A DNA stretch of 64,000 bases, taken from NCBI GenBank assembly GCA_029717555.1, contig JAMDHS010000047.1, positions 1 to 64,000 of the forward strand, written 5' to 3'. This DNA comes from Peribolospora baueri (Eukaryota). Shown here in pieces: positions 23,556-36,594 of this stretch. Below the pieces are notes generated by a model, which did no database searches, was not told the origin of the DNA, and saw nothing but the letters and a program-made list of their open reading frames with translations. Every line of letters begins with the position of its first letter. Positions within the stretch are counted from its first letter, which is position 1. Both the position numbers and the translations under genes were made by a program.

Positions 23556-25655
23556 ATGGCCCAATCCTCCATGGCCAACGGATTGACGAGTGACGAGCTG
23601 CAGGCGCCCGCGACGGCGAATGGCTCTGTGGGGCAGGCGTATGTCGACGCGCTCGAGCGTCCGGGGAGGGAGGAGGGGGAGGAGGAAGAGGAGGAGGAGG
23701 CGAGTCAGGAGGCTATAGAAGCCGCCGTCAAGCGTAGCGAGCTAGGCAGGGTGAGTGTCGAGAAGTGGTAGATGCTGCACCAGTTTGGTCCTTGGTCCTG
23801 CCTGGGCGGCACGCTCCTTCCGAGGGCGTGCCAGAGAGCATCGCGTCGTATCCACGCGATGGCCGACGACAAAAGCGGTCTTTGCCCTCCCTCGGTTCTC
23901 TTCGAAAGGGCTTCCATCACATGTGTTCCTGCTTGCTTGCAGGCTAAATGCTCTACTTCTCTCTCTTTCCTCGTCGTTCCTTGCCTTCTGAATGCGCAGA
24001 GGGCACACGAGCTGCGCGTCCGTCTCGCCCTCGCCTCCTTCAAGGCATCGCGAGGATGGGAAGGGCTCGACCTCGGCGCGGTGGATCAGAAGTACTTCAG
24101 CGAGCCTAGCGCCACCCTTCAGAGCCAGTCACCCGATATAAATGGCACAGGACGGGTGGGGGCGTCAGGACACGACAGGCATTTGGATGGCTCATTTTGT
24201 TCGAGCTCGCTTACCAGCGGAGGACCTGGGATGCACACCTTCACCACCGCCACATCCTCTGCGTCTTCGTTCATGTCCTTCGCCAGCAGCGGTAGAGGGG
24301 GCGGTCTTGGAGGTTCCTGGCAACATTATCAGCGCGCCAGCAGCGCCCGGTCTACGGCCACGACGAGGACGACGCGACCGCCGCCCGTGGTATCTGGAAG
24401 GAGCTCGACAGTCAAGGACGCGTCTGGCCATGGCGTACCCGCCTCAGCACGCAGGGGCGCAAGCGCAGAGGACGAAGACAAGGCGGCGGCCAGTGCGTTA
24501 GCTTCGCTCCTAAACGGCGCCAGCAACAAGCGCCATCGCGGCTCCCCATCCCATCCGCCGAGTACGCCTCCGCGTGGTAGCGGTCCCAAACGGCATCGCA
24601 CGATGGTTACGCCTGGACGAGAGGGCGACGGTCACGGGACGTTTGCCACTCCGCTGACGCCACGGAGGTACGGTGCGCACACTGCGTACCCAGGAAGTGC
24701 GAAGAGGGGCCTACCGACTGGCGCGGCTTCGGCCTCAGCACCAGAACTCACGGATGAACCCTCCACTCACATAGGCCCTGTTACTTTCGACCGACTTCCG
24801 CCCTCAGCTACGCGGGGAGAGCAACCTTCAAACGGCGGCGGAAGCAGGGCAGTCGACGATGATGAAGGAGCACGACTCATGCTCTACCTCGCCACCTCAC
24901 CTTCCCCCGCTCGTGTTCGGCGCACTCCTGGCGATTCCTCTTTCCGCTCTGTCACCTCCGCGTCAGGGAGCTTCGCCCGCGGTGGCAGTGGCGGTCGACA
25001 CCGCCCGCACCCGGACTCTATCGACGAGGATGGGGAGCGAGGAGTCTCTGCAGCCGACTGGGAGGCGACACCGCGCAAATTGTTTGCGAGCGAGAAGGGT
25101 CAGAGTCATGGACAGCAGCTCGTACATGGAGTGAAGCGCGACATGCGAGACGGACTCGGGCCGGCGTCGGAGACTCTTCGGCATTCGGCGAGAGAGGCTA
25201 GCGCGGGATCTTCGACCGAAGTCGCTTCCGGGGACGACGAGCCGGCAAGAGTGGCGAACTCACGTGCCGGGATCGGTCTGGCCCCGCCAGCGGATGTGGA
25301 TGGCGACATGCGCACAAGTGCAGTCGGTTCGAGCGCCGTGAACGGCGACGACCTTCTCCCTCCAGGCCCTTACGCGCCTGCCTCTCCCGACTCGAGCCAG
25401 CGCCCTCGGCCTTTAAATGGCGATGGCGGCACTCCGACTAGATGTATTTACGCCGACAATGTGAGGCCACCTGCGCCTGGCGAGGTCGATGGCCAAGATG
25501 GGAGTTGTAGCGCCAAGCGTCCGCATACCGACGCCGGCGTGGACGCGGATGTGGGTGAGCAGCGACGGGGGCGGGACAAGGGTGGGGTGTCGGACGAAGG
25601 GGATGCTGGAAGCGTGGCGGAAGGGATCGATGGGCTGGATTTTGTGAAGGTCTAG
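23556..25655 (+). CDS. Whi5/Nrm1-motif-containing, largely disordered protein
   Basis: After an intron at ~23751-23999: AHELRVRLALASFKASRGWEGLDL (Whi5-like GTB motif), many S/T-P sites, and EGARLMLYLATSPSP. Confidence 0.6.
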
Positions 25656-26059
25656 TGCGTCTCGACGGCGGCCGTGAAGGTCCCGACTTCTTCTTTCCTT
25701 CCCTTCCGAGCGTACAGCTTATGAGGGCCAGTCGTGCCCCTGCCTCGCCTTTTTCCCCGTTCGGAATTGCTTGTTACCTGCATCTGCCGTCGATGACGCA
25801 TAAGGTGTACCTATGTATGTGTGCATGAACGTGTGCCTGTAATCTTCCCTTCCCTTTTTCTGCTTCGTGTCGTCCTGCTCGACGAGCTCGACGGGCGATG
25901 ATAGGAATTCAAGAGGTATGCGTTGACGGCCGAAGTGGCGCACGTGGCGGTCTTATCAGTGTACGTAACTTATATAAGCTGACCCTGGATGGGGTCGGCC
26001 GAGCGGATGGATCAGACGCTCGACGACGACTGCGATTAAGAAGACGAGATAAGGAGATC

Positions 26060-27428
26060 ATGTCCAAGCTACCACCACCACTACTGTCTCTGTCGCTCCC
26101 CTACGACCAAGCGCTCCTTCCCCGTCTCCCCATCGACGTCCTTTTCCTCATCGCGCACCACCTCTCCGTCCAACACGCCCTCGCCGTCGCCCCGCCCGCA
26201 GACTACGCCCGCTCGCCCCCGATCCACAAGGCCCTCGTAGGACTCGCCTCGCTGAGCCGCTCCATTCGCCCGCTCGTCCTTCCTTTGTTGTACAGACACT
26301 GCATCGTCCGCTCCGCAAAATCCGTGCTCGCTCTTCGAGAGATACTCGACTCTAATCCATCGCTCGGGGCGTGCGTCCGCCACCTGGACGTGTTCGTCCG
26401 TGAAGTTCAGGAGCAGACAAGCCAAATATGGACAGAGGTAATGGAGCTGTGTCTGAGAAGGATGGAGAGGCTGGAGAACTTGAGATGGGATGCTGAGATG
26501 TTGCCGACGTGTAGCGTGGTCGAGACGTTGGTGAAGCTGGGGACGGTGCGCGAGTTGGAGGTGGACTGTAGGGTGTTTTGGGCTGGTGAGCGCCATTCTT
26601 TTGTGGTACTCCATTTTTTGAATCTGGTACATGCCTATGTACGTCGAGCGTTGTTCCTGAAATGGATCCGCCATTTCCTACAGGTTGTCCTGAACTTTCA
26701 GGCCTGACCACTCTTCGATCCTTCACGCTCAGCCACTATGATGCTCACCTCACCTCCATTCATTTCCTGGCGCTCTTCGAATCCCTTGCAAGTGTGGCTG
26801 GGAGGGGAGATAATGAAGAGAGGAAAAGCGGTAGATTATTGAAGAAGGGGGCTAGCTTGGAGTCAGAGAAGGGTTCAGCAGAGAATCGAGACTGTGCAGA
26901 AGACCAACGGTCCCTCGGCCTCCGTCACCTCTCCCTCTCCACCTCTGGCGTGACCTACCTCCACTCCCCACGCCTCCTCCATCTCGGTGCCTGGTCCTCA
27001 CTCGAATCCCTCGACATCTATCCCTTGGACCCATCTCCACCACTCGCAGACTCATTGGCCAGCGCAGGAGCCAGCCTAAAGAGGTTGAGGATCGTGCTGG
27101 ACGTTACACCCGTCGAGAGAGCTTATGACGATCTCTGGAGGGCGCTCGTCGGCAGGTTACCAAGGTTGGAGGAACTTCACGTCGACCCGTTCCCCCAGGT
27201 GGGTCTGAGACGGGGGTAGGGCCGTAGGCAGCGTCTCATGCACACTAAAGCTTATCCCTCTTCCCCGTCCTCTCACAGCTCAACACCGCACCCTCGTTCT
27301 TCACTTTCGCGCGCAAGTGTACCCTCCTGCGTCTGGTGAACGGCAAACCTGCGGAGGAACAGGCGATGTTGGACCAGGTACCTCAAGTGGATATCCTTCA
27401 AGATCAGAACCTCACCGTCTTGCGATGA
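26060..27428 (+). CDS. F-box-like/leucine-rich repeat protein
   Basis: LPRLPIDVLFLIAHHL...LASLSRSIRPLVLPLLYRH, then LxxLxL repeats (LENLRW, LRSFTL, LRHLSL, LESLDI, LKRLRI, LEELHV); two introns. Confidence 0.65.
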
Positions 27429-27606
27429 TGGGAAGTGGCTAGCGTACAAGGATATACGAGGGAGAATGACGATGGGGAGGGAAAAGGCAAGGAGGGACGA
27501 GACAGGGCGATAGCCACAGCGCACAAGCAGGATGTAGGTATTCTGGGTCTGACTAGGTGTCGCCACACTGCTCAATGACGGCAGCACCCGGTCTCCGGCC
27601 CGTCCG

Positions 27607-29791
27607 TCAGATGGCCTGCACGAGCGCTTGGAGCTCTTGGATGACAGCTGTGAACGAACAAAGGACAAAAAAAAGCAACGACCGGGCAATCGGTCAGCCA
27701 CCAAACGACAGTTCGGAGCAATGGAAGTTCCGTCGCTGCCATCACTCACTCTCGTCCAACGCCGGTGTCAGCATGCTGGTGAGCACCGACTCTTCCTGAT
27801 CCGCCAACAGCCCCACCCTACCTTTCAAATCGCTCATGACCAATCCTCCCTCGGTAGACGCATGTCCTCCTCTCCCTCCTCCACCGGACATGTCCCCTGC
27901 CGCGCCAGAACCGAAACCGAGTAAAGGCATGCCTCCAAACATGTCCGCGCCGTCGTTGATCAGCCTCAGCGCCTCAACGATGCGCCGACAGAGTACGCCG
28001 AAGGGGTTGCGCGTAAAGTCGTTCACAGCGTGCATGAGTCGCCTCACGATGCGCCACATCACCGTCGTCGTGCCCGGCAGTCTGCGCATCCGCGCCTTCA
28101 CTTCCACCGGCGCAAGGAAAGCAAGGTTGTAGATGCTCATCGCGAGGCGCTCAACGAATGCCAGCTTGGGCTCGGTGGTAAGCAGTTGGAAGTCGGCCTC
28201 GGCGATGGGTAACATGCGAATGAGCTCTTGTGCAAACGAGAAGAGTTCGTCGGCGTCGATTTTGCTCAGCATTTCCCTGTTCGAATCGTCCAGTGCGAAT
28301 CGGCTAAACGCATCCAACGCCAGGTCGGTGTAGTGCGGCACGCTCCCAGTGTTCGCGCTCGATCGAGGATCAGCTTGCCGCGGCGGGAGTACGCTGGTGG
28401 GGCCGGAGGGATTACAGGGCGTGTCGTAGATAAACGAGGTGATGAGACGGAAGAGCGCCTGAGTAACGGGGAACGGGTACTTGACGAGCTTGATCGAAGA
28501 AGCCAAGTTGGCGAGGGTTACCAGGGTGTCCTTGCGAATCTGCAGAGTCTCTCCACGGCTCAGTATCGTCGCGCTGTGCTGAGCTGCCGGCCGGTTAACC
28601 GAGAGACCATCGTCCACCCCAACGTTGGCTTCTTCGTTGAGACCACCGTCAGCCGTCATTCCATGAGACGCGCCTGCCACGTCTCCCTCGGTTGGATCCA
28701 CCTCGCAAAGGCGCACGAGCAACGCCAACATCTCCACTTGATCCGACATTAGCTCGTGATTCTCCTCCATCATGGAAAAGTTGCGCAGAATGTTGACAAC
28801 CGTCAGGGCCGTCGCTGCATGCCTGTCCCGCTCTCTTTCCACGTAATCGCGCTTGAACAACGCGTCCTCGTTGCCCACGGGCGCTCCGCCCCCAAGGCTT
28901 GCAGCAAAGACGGAAGAAGGAGAGATGATGCGCTGGCGAGAGACGTAGAACCGATCAGACTCCTCGAGGGCGAAATCGAGATAGTCGGAATACGAGCTGG
29001 TCTTCCTCCTCTTCCTCAAATTGCTCTCTTCGCCCCCTTGAATGCGTTCAGCTTCCGTGGAAGGACTGACACCGCTCCTAGAGCCAATCTGAGACGAGGG
29101 GCCTTCCGTTCCGCTGGCCTTGGCATTCCCGCTGTCGTTCGCCGCAGCTTCCTTGGTGTCCTTGCCGAGGATACCCCACTCCTCGTCCTCACCCTCCTCG
29201 TCCTCACCCTCCTCGCTCAAATCGTCCATCGCCACCTCCTCCGCCCCACCGTCCGCGCTCTCCTGTAACAGGTCCACCAGCTCTTCTAACAACCCCTCGC
29301 ACGGCGCCAGAGGAAAGCTAAACGTCGGAGCCATCCCCGCTCCCGAAGAAAGCAGAGAAAGCGCATTGAGAGCATAAGCGACGTCGGTGCCGAGTCGAGA
29401 ACGAATCATCATGATCAGAGCGAAGATGTCAATGGTGCCTGCAAGATCAAACCGGCACATGGTGAGAATGAACAAACGGCGGAAGCCAAGACAGGAGCGA
29501 GATGGTCATGGAAAAGACCCGATATCGCTAGACATCGAACGAACGCGAAGGAGCGTATACGCGGAATCGCACTCACCAAGTTCTCTAGTGCTCCTCAACC
29601 TCGCCTTTCCTCTCGGTCTCGGTACCGCTCCAGTGGCTCCGCCAGCAGTTACGACTCGGTATGCGCCGTTGACAGCTTCCAAGTCCCAGCCTCCATAGCT
29701 CTCGCCCAAATTCCTCTTTAGAGGAACATATTCAATCCGGTGCTTCCTCTTTTTCTCTCTCTGCTGCTGCTGCTGCTGCTGCTGCTGTTGT

Positions 29792-29826
<35 letters not shown>

Positions 29827-29960
29827 TTGCTGCTGTTGGTGGTGCTGCTGCTGCTGCTGTTGTTGTTGTTGTTGCCGCTGTTGTTGGAGCTGTTTCAGTT
29901 GATGTTGCAGCTGCGGCTGTGGCTGCTGTTGCTGTGGCTGCTGTTGCGGTTGCGGTTGTG

Positions 29961-29998
<38 letters not shown>

Positions 29999-30566
29999 TG
30001 GGCCTGGGGTTGTTGTGGCTGTTGCTGCTGGGGCTGGGCCTGGGGTTGTTGTGGCTGCTGCTGTTGTGGTTGCCGTTGTTGTTGTGGTTGCTGTTGCGGT
30101 GATTGTGACTGTTGCTGTTGCTGCCGCTGCTGCATCTGGCGCTGAATTGCTGCGACAGCCTGGTGGTGCATCAGGGCGAGTCGACGCAGATTCAGCTGGG
30201 CTTGCGTCACGAGCTGTTGCTTCTGCGGCGAGTCGGGCTGCGATGCCATCGCTCGCACTTGAGCCATGATGGCATCGCGGTTATGTTGGACATACTGTTT
30301 ATGAGAGAGTCGCGTGAGAGGAATAAAAACCCGGCGGTATTCATCAACGCGTTGTACGACGTGGTAAGCTGTCGAGAATTGGCTCTCACCTGAAGGACCT
30401 GCTGTGGGTTTACCTGCGCGCCCACGGCGCCTGCCGTTCCTCCGGCTTTTATTTGCTGACCAGGTTGGCCAGGCTGACCTGCATGGTCTTGCTGAGCCTG
30501 CTGCGCCTGCTGAATAGGCTGCTGCTGCTGCTGTTGCGGCTGCTGTCCCTGCTGCTGTCCGCTCAT
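27607..30566 (-). CDS. SWI/SNF Swi1/ARID1-like subunit (C-terminal armadillo/BAF250_C region) with polyQ N-terminus
   Basis: RIEYVPLKR..YGGWDL, LGTIDIFALIMMIRSRLGTDVAYALNALSLLS, NILRNFSM, RKDTLVTLANL; last exon TVIQELQALVQAI*. Confidence 0.78.
29761..30135 (-). repeat. CAG/CAA polyglutamine-coding repeat
   Basis: Long mixed (CTG/TTG)n on the + strand, encoding Q and QP tracts. Confidence 0.95.
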
Positions 30567-30885
30567 CTGAGTCGCGTCTCTGGATGGAGGTGGATGATGG
30601 ACCGAGCGTTGAGCCGAGCCTCCGGCCGGCCACATGCACCATGCGGCCGCAGTAAGCGGAGAAAGACGGTCATTCCGGGACTCTCTTCGGTGCTGCGGCA
30701 GACTTGCTCGACCTGCGTCACCCGAGCCGACGTGGTCGCCAACGAAGACAACGAACGAGGTCGAAGAAAATCGAATCCATCTCACCTTCCCACCTCCACA
30801 ACGTCGGCGAGGCCGGTCTTTGGGTTTCACTCTTCGCCTGCGACCCAAATCACTCACAATCATTGGCGTTCGTCCGGCAAGCGAC

Positions 30886-33594
30886 ATGATCAACGGACTC
30901 CTCGCGCGATCGTCGCGTGCCGCCGCCACCTCGACTTCCCGACGGTTGGCCACCGCCTGCTCGCCCTCCCACATCACACCCCGCCCAACCTCTTTTCGCC
31001 CATCTACGTCTCACAAGCTTGCTGCTCGACGGACATATGCCACTGTAAAGGACGAGGACGGGAAGAAGAAGGCGAAGAAGGATGGCGGCGAGGAGGAGGA
31101 AGGAGAGAGGAAGAAGGACGTGCAGGCGAGAGATGACGCCGAGGGTCACAAGCCGGGCGAGCTCCCAAATGCTCTCAAGGGCTTCTTCGGCGGTCAACAG
31201 TTGAGAGGAAATTCGCAAAAGCGGGAGAAGAAGGAGGGGGAGGACGGGCGGAGGAGTCGAAAGGAGGACGAGGAGGACGAGGAAGATTCTTCCTCGTCTC
31301 GACGCTCTTCTTCGACCGGCGGCGGTGCAGGTGGCGCGGGGGGTGGGGGCGGATCGAGCGCTCAAGTACAGGTCACACCCAACACCCTCCTTGCCACTGT
31401 TGCGGCAACGTACATTCTCTACCGTCTCACCTTATCCGAGGGGCCTTCGCGGGAGATCACCTGGCAAGAGTTCCGCACTGCTTTCCTCGATAAGGGTCTT
31501 GTGGATCGTCTGGAGGTCGTGAACCGCAACAAGGTTCGCGTATACTTGCACTCCAATGCTACCGGTCAGATGTACCCTGGTTCTCCCGCCGCTTCCTCCG
31601 GACCTGGAGATGCAAGCCCATACTGGTTCAGCGTGGGCTCCGTCGAGGCGTTTGAGCGCAAGCTCGATGATGCGCAGAGGGAGCTTGGAATCCCTTCGTC
31701 CGAACGAATTCCCGTCGCCTACCATGATGAGATCTCCGCTATCTCCACTCTCTTCCACTTTGCTCCAACCCTTCTTCTCGCCGGCCTCCTCTTCTACATG
31801 ACCCGTCGCGCGGGCGGCGCCGGTGGCGGCGCAGGAGGAGGCATCTTCGGCATCGGAAAGAGCCGGGCCAAGATGTTCAACCAAGAGAAGGACGTCAAAA
31901 TCAAGTTCAAGGACGTGGCTGGCATGGATGAGGCCAAGGAGGAGATCATGGAGTTTGTCAAATTCCTCAAGAACCCGGATAAGTATGAGCGTTTGGGCGC
32001 AAAGATTGTGAGCATATCCCCTTCTCCTTCCGCTCTCGGCCCAAAGACTCACAGCTTTTCATTTGCTCTCACCTGTCCAGCCCCGAGGCGCCATCCTTTC
32101 AGGGCCTCCAGGAACTGGTAAGACCCTTCTCGCCAAGGCGACGGCTGGTGAAGCGAAAGTGCCCTTCCTGTCCGTTTCCGGCTCCGAATTTGTGGAGATG
32201 TTCGTTGGTGTGGGTCCGAGCCGAGTGCGAGACATGTTCGCGACGGCCAAGAAGCATGCTCCGTGCATCATCTTCGTCGACGAGATCGATGCCATCGGCA
32301 AGTCCCGCGGCAAGGCAGGCGGCTTTGGAGGCAATGACGAGAGGGAAAGCACGCTCAACGAGCTGCTCGTCCAAATGGACGGATTCGGGACGGACGAGCA
32401 TGTCGTCGTGCTTGCCGGTACCAACCGCCCTGACGTGCTCGACCAAGCTCTGCTCCGACCCGGACGATTCGACCGACATGTGAGTCCCTTGCTTCTCCAC
32501 TTTCTTTTTTGTCTCACAATAGCTAATTCGAAGGCTCGTTTCGTTGGGCATGTGCTGCCTCTGCCAGATCGCCATCGATCGACCTGACATTTCCGGGCGC
32601 AAGGAGATCTTCTTGGTCCACCTCCGCCCGATCCGTCTCGACAAATCCGAAAGCATTGATCTACTCGCCCAGAAACTTGCTACGCTCACACCCGGCTTCT
32701 CTGGCGCGGACGTGGCAAACGTCTGTAACGAGGCTGCGCTCATCGCCGCTCGACTGGGCGACGACTCCGTGGCGGAGAAGCACTTTGAGATGGCCATCGA
32801 GCGCGTCATCGCCGGTCTGGAGAAGAAGAGCCGCGTGCTGAGCCCGGATGAGAAGACTACGGTGGCGTATCACGAGGCGGGACACGCCGTCTGCGGCTGG
32901 TTCCTCGAGCACGCGGATCCCCTGCTCAAGGTGTCTATCATCCCTCGTGGCGTCGGGGCGCTGGGTTATGCGCAGTACCTCCCCAAGGAACGCTTCCTTT
33001 TCACCACGGAGCAGCTCCTGGACCGCATGTGCATGACCCTCGGCGGACGCGTGTCGGAGGAGATCTTCTTCGGGCGCATCACCACTGGCGCACAAGACGA
33101 TCTTCAAAAGATCACGCGCATGGCCTTTGAGATTTGCGCCAACTACGGCATGAACCCAGAGATCGGGCCCGTGAGCTATGGGAGGGGAGACAATGAAAGC
33201 TTGCACAAGCCCTTCAGCGAGAAGACGGGCGAGATGTTGGACCTCCAAGTGCGGAAAATGGTCGCCGACGCGCATCAGAGGACCACCACGCTGCTCAGCG
33301 ACAAGAAGCAAGAGGTGGAGAAGGTGGCCAAGCTTTTGTTAGAGAAGGAGGTGCTGACGAGGTGAGTGGCGGTTCACCCTCCGTTCTCTCCGCTTCCGCA
33401 CCTAGCTGATCAGGTTGCCGTCTCTTCAAATTCGCAGGGAGGACATGACCAACCTCCTTGGCAAGCGCCCCTTCTCGATGCGGGACGAGATGGACGAGTA
33501 CCTAGACGACAAGAAGAAAGCCCACCTCCCGCCCGGCATGGTCCCGGGAGAGTCCAGCGCGCCGCCCCCGCCGCCCGAGGAAAGCCCCGCATAA
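30886..33594 (+). CDS. AFG3: Mitochondrial m-AAA protease subunit (Afg3/Yta12, FtsH family)
   Basis: Arg-rich presequence, [18 protein letters not shown], Walker [41 protein letters not shown] zinc motif; three introns. Confidence 0.93.
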
Positions 33595-34330
33595 ATGAAG
33601 AGAATTTCGCACGTCGTAATCTCCTTCGCTCGCATCTCACCCGCGTCCGTTCGCACACCACCGCTCCCTCGCCTCTCACTGTTCCTCGCTTGGTCTCGGC
33701 ACCCACTAGTCGTTCTTTGCAATCGCGAACAGCTGTCAAATAGATCTTTCACACTCGGCATCGTGGAATTCCACATGCGCTCGGGCAGCGCGCCCACTCT
33801 CGTCTTTCGTGATCCTTCCAATGGCGGCGTTTGAATTCGCCCGATGTATTCACATGTTTAGCCCACGAAATGAGACAAAAGGTTGAAAAAATTTGTCAAA
33901 GGACGAGCGTTCCAGACGACGAGCTCTTCGTAGAGCCGCACATGCTACGAGCCCAGCGCGGCAAGTTCTCCTACCCCTCGTCCGCCACTTGCCAGAACGC
34001 GACACGAGACCCGCGACACAGGCGTGGTTTGCTCGGCACTTGGAGGTTCAGATCCGGAGCAGGAAGCCGGAAGGCGTGGTTGAGACACGCGACTCCGATC
34101 TTAGCCACGTGGAGGCCACGGTGAAAGACTGCGGCAGAAGCGGCCTGCATAGAGATTTCAACCGCCTCCATCCTCTTCTTCCAACAGGCCACCAACAAAA
34201 AAGCGGCAAGACCGCTCCAGCCCTTCCTCGTCACCACTCCGTCCATTCTTCTCCCCCTCCTCCTGTCTTTTGTCTGCCATCACCCACTCCTTGACTGGCC
34301 TTCATTCCCGGCCTGCGCCACCGACTCACC

Positions 34331-36306
34331 ATGACCACCACTTATGCCGCCAACGAGCCGACGGCGGTCGCTCCGCCACCGGGATCTTCAGGCCACCAGC
34401 AACAGCCTCTCTTTACCTGTCTTTCCTGCAGCATTGCCTTCCTAGACGCTCACGACCAGCGTGCCCACTACCGCTCCGACTTGCACCGGTACAACATGAA
34501 GAGGCGTGTTGCCGGGTTGCCCCCCGTCTCGGCCGACGTCTTCGATGCGAAGGTGATGGAGAGGAGGGCGGCGTTGGCAGAGTCCAGCGGAGAGGCAAAG
34601 ACAGGGAAGGGTAAGGAAGAAGGGTGGGATCGGTGCGAGCCCTGCGGGTGAGTCTGGCGGGATTCAGTTCGTTCGCGCTCGTCATTTTTCTCCGGCCTGC
34701 ACATTGCACGCTGTCGATCTGATTCAAGCGTTTGCCACGTCGCCCACTTTTACAGCAAGTCTTTCTCTTCAGAGAACGTATACCGGGATCACGTCAACTC
34801 CAAGAAGCACAAGGAGAACTTTATCAAGTATGCAGACAACGCCGAGAGGAGGCAGCAACAGCGGACGGCTGCCGTGCAGGGCACCCCCCGTACAGCCGCT
34901 CCCGCCAACGTAGCTGTCGGCCCCGGGGAGGCTCAGCCGGGCGTGCAGCCTCCCGCCCCTGCTCCTCCTGCCTCTGGATTTTTGAGCGCCGGTATGCAAG
35001 GGCTGTCCATCTCCGAGGACGCGAGTCCCGAGGAGGTTCAAGCCGCAATCGATGCCAGGATCGCTAAGGCGACGCGCATAGACGTCCTCGGTGGCGAGTG
35101 CTTGTTCTGCGTCTACAAAGTAAAAACGGAGACCGATAAGGGCAAGGGCAAGAGCAAGGATGTGGAGCCGGAGGATATGGACGACCGCATGAAGCACATC
35201 GGAAGTGCGGTTAAGAAGACGGAAGAGCGGACGGACGATGCGGACGTCGCGGAAATGGAGTCGAGCTCGGACGCGGCGCTGGATAACGGTGGCGATCCGG
35301 AAGGGCAGGATCGCCAAGTGAGCATCCGGATGCTCGCCGATCTCTTGGCCCACATGTCCCTCAGTCACGGCTTCTTCCTCCCGGACGCCGAGTACATCGT
35401 CGATCTCCCAGGCCTCCTCGTCTATCTCGCTGAGAAGATCGCGATCGGCAACGTGTGTCTCTACTGCAACGGCCGAGGGAGGGGTTTCAACGGATTGGAA
35501 GCGGTGAGGGGACACATGAAGGACAAGAGCCATTGCAAGATCGCGTACGACGCCGAGGAGGATCGATTCGAAATTGGAGACTTTTACGATTTCTCTTCCA
35601 CGTACCCCATTGAGGAGGAAGATGAGGAAGGGGGCGAATGGGAGGACATGGACGATGATGGCGATGGGGAAGCCTGGGCAGATGCAGATGGAGACGCCGA
35701 TGAGCAGATGGTTGACGTCGAGGGCTCTACAAGCGTGCTCAAAGCGACAACGTCGTCGAGGAAGGCAGGCGGCAACAACAGCAACGACGCGGGCACGATC
35801 ACTTATGGCGACTCCGAACTCGAGCTCGTCCTTCCTTCGGGCGCTCGGATCGGACACCGCTCGCTCCGACGGTACTATGCCCAAAACCTCGTTGCGTCCG
35901 ACAACCGCGCCCGCCTGCGCGAGGAGCACCAGCGCAGCCTCGCTCAGCGTCTCCTCACTGAGGGCTCGGATTCGTCCGCCGCTGGCGGGGGAGCTCTTAT
36001 GCGGTCCCGAGGCGCGAATGGAGACGTGGGCACCATGATGCGCGCGAGGAACAAGGGAGAGGCCAAGGAGGCCGAGAGGCACGTCAAGGCGGGCACGCAT
36101 CTTCGGAAGGAGCAGCTATTCAGGGAGAAGATCGCATACAGGGCCAACAACCAAAAGCATTTCAGGTGCGTATGGCTCCGCTGTCGTCGGCGTGCGGTCG
36201 ATCGAAGCTTTGGCCTCGGAGCTAGGAGCGCCCGTCAAACTGACGACCTCCTTTCTTCTTTGTTTGGTCTCGTCTTTCCACTCTTAGAGACCCGCTCCTC
36301 CAATGA
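34331..36306 (+). CDS. REI1: Pre-60S zinc-finger factor Rei1/ZNF622
   Basis: FTCLSC..QRAHYRSDLHRYNMKRRVAGLPPV, HGFFLPD, CLYCN..HMKDKSHCKI, ELVLPSGARIGHRSLRRYYAQ, and terminal NNQKHFR|DPLLQ*. Confidence 0.93.
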
Positions 36307-36594
36307 CTGTGTTGCATTCCGTCATACTTCCCTCTCCCACCTTCCTTTTCGTCGCGTCATTGTATGTTATCCGCCTCTTTTCACGTCCGGCGTGATTGGA
36401 CGCTGCTGTGCTGCATGGAGCGCGCGGACCGTTGGAGGCGATCCTCCAGCCGTCTCGGCTTGCTCTCCTTGCAACATCCATTTCACCCTCACGCCACCCT
36501 CATGTCACGTCTCATCCCAAATCTTCCATGCGCAAAAGGACCTCACACAGCGAGGTCGATATCAATTCGATGCCGTGGACAGAATAAAGAAAGG

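Noticed and set aside
29740..30393. Poly-Leu and poly-Ala/Val ORFs on the + strand
   Set aside because: Antisense shadows of the polyQ CAG/CAA repeat.
34769..36100. 443-aa minus-strand ORF, and similar long antisense ORFs at 39108-40235 and 51046-51972
   Set aside because: They overlap well-supported genes on the opposite strand; expected in GC-rich coding DNA.
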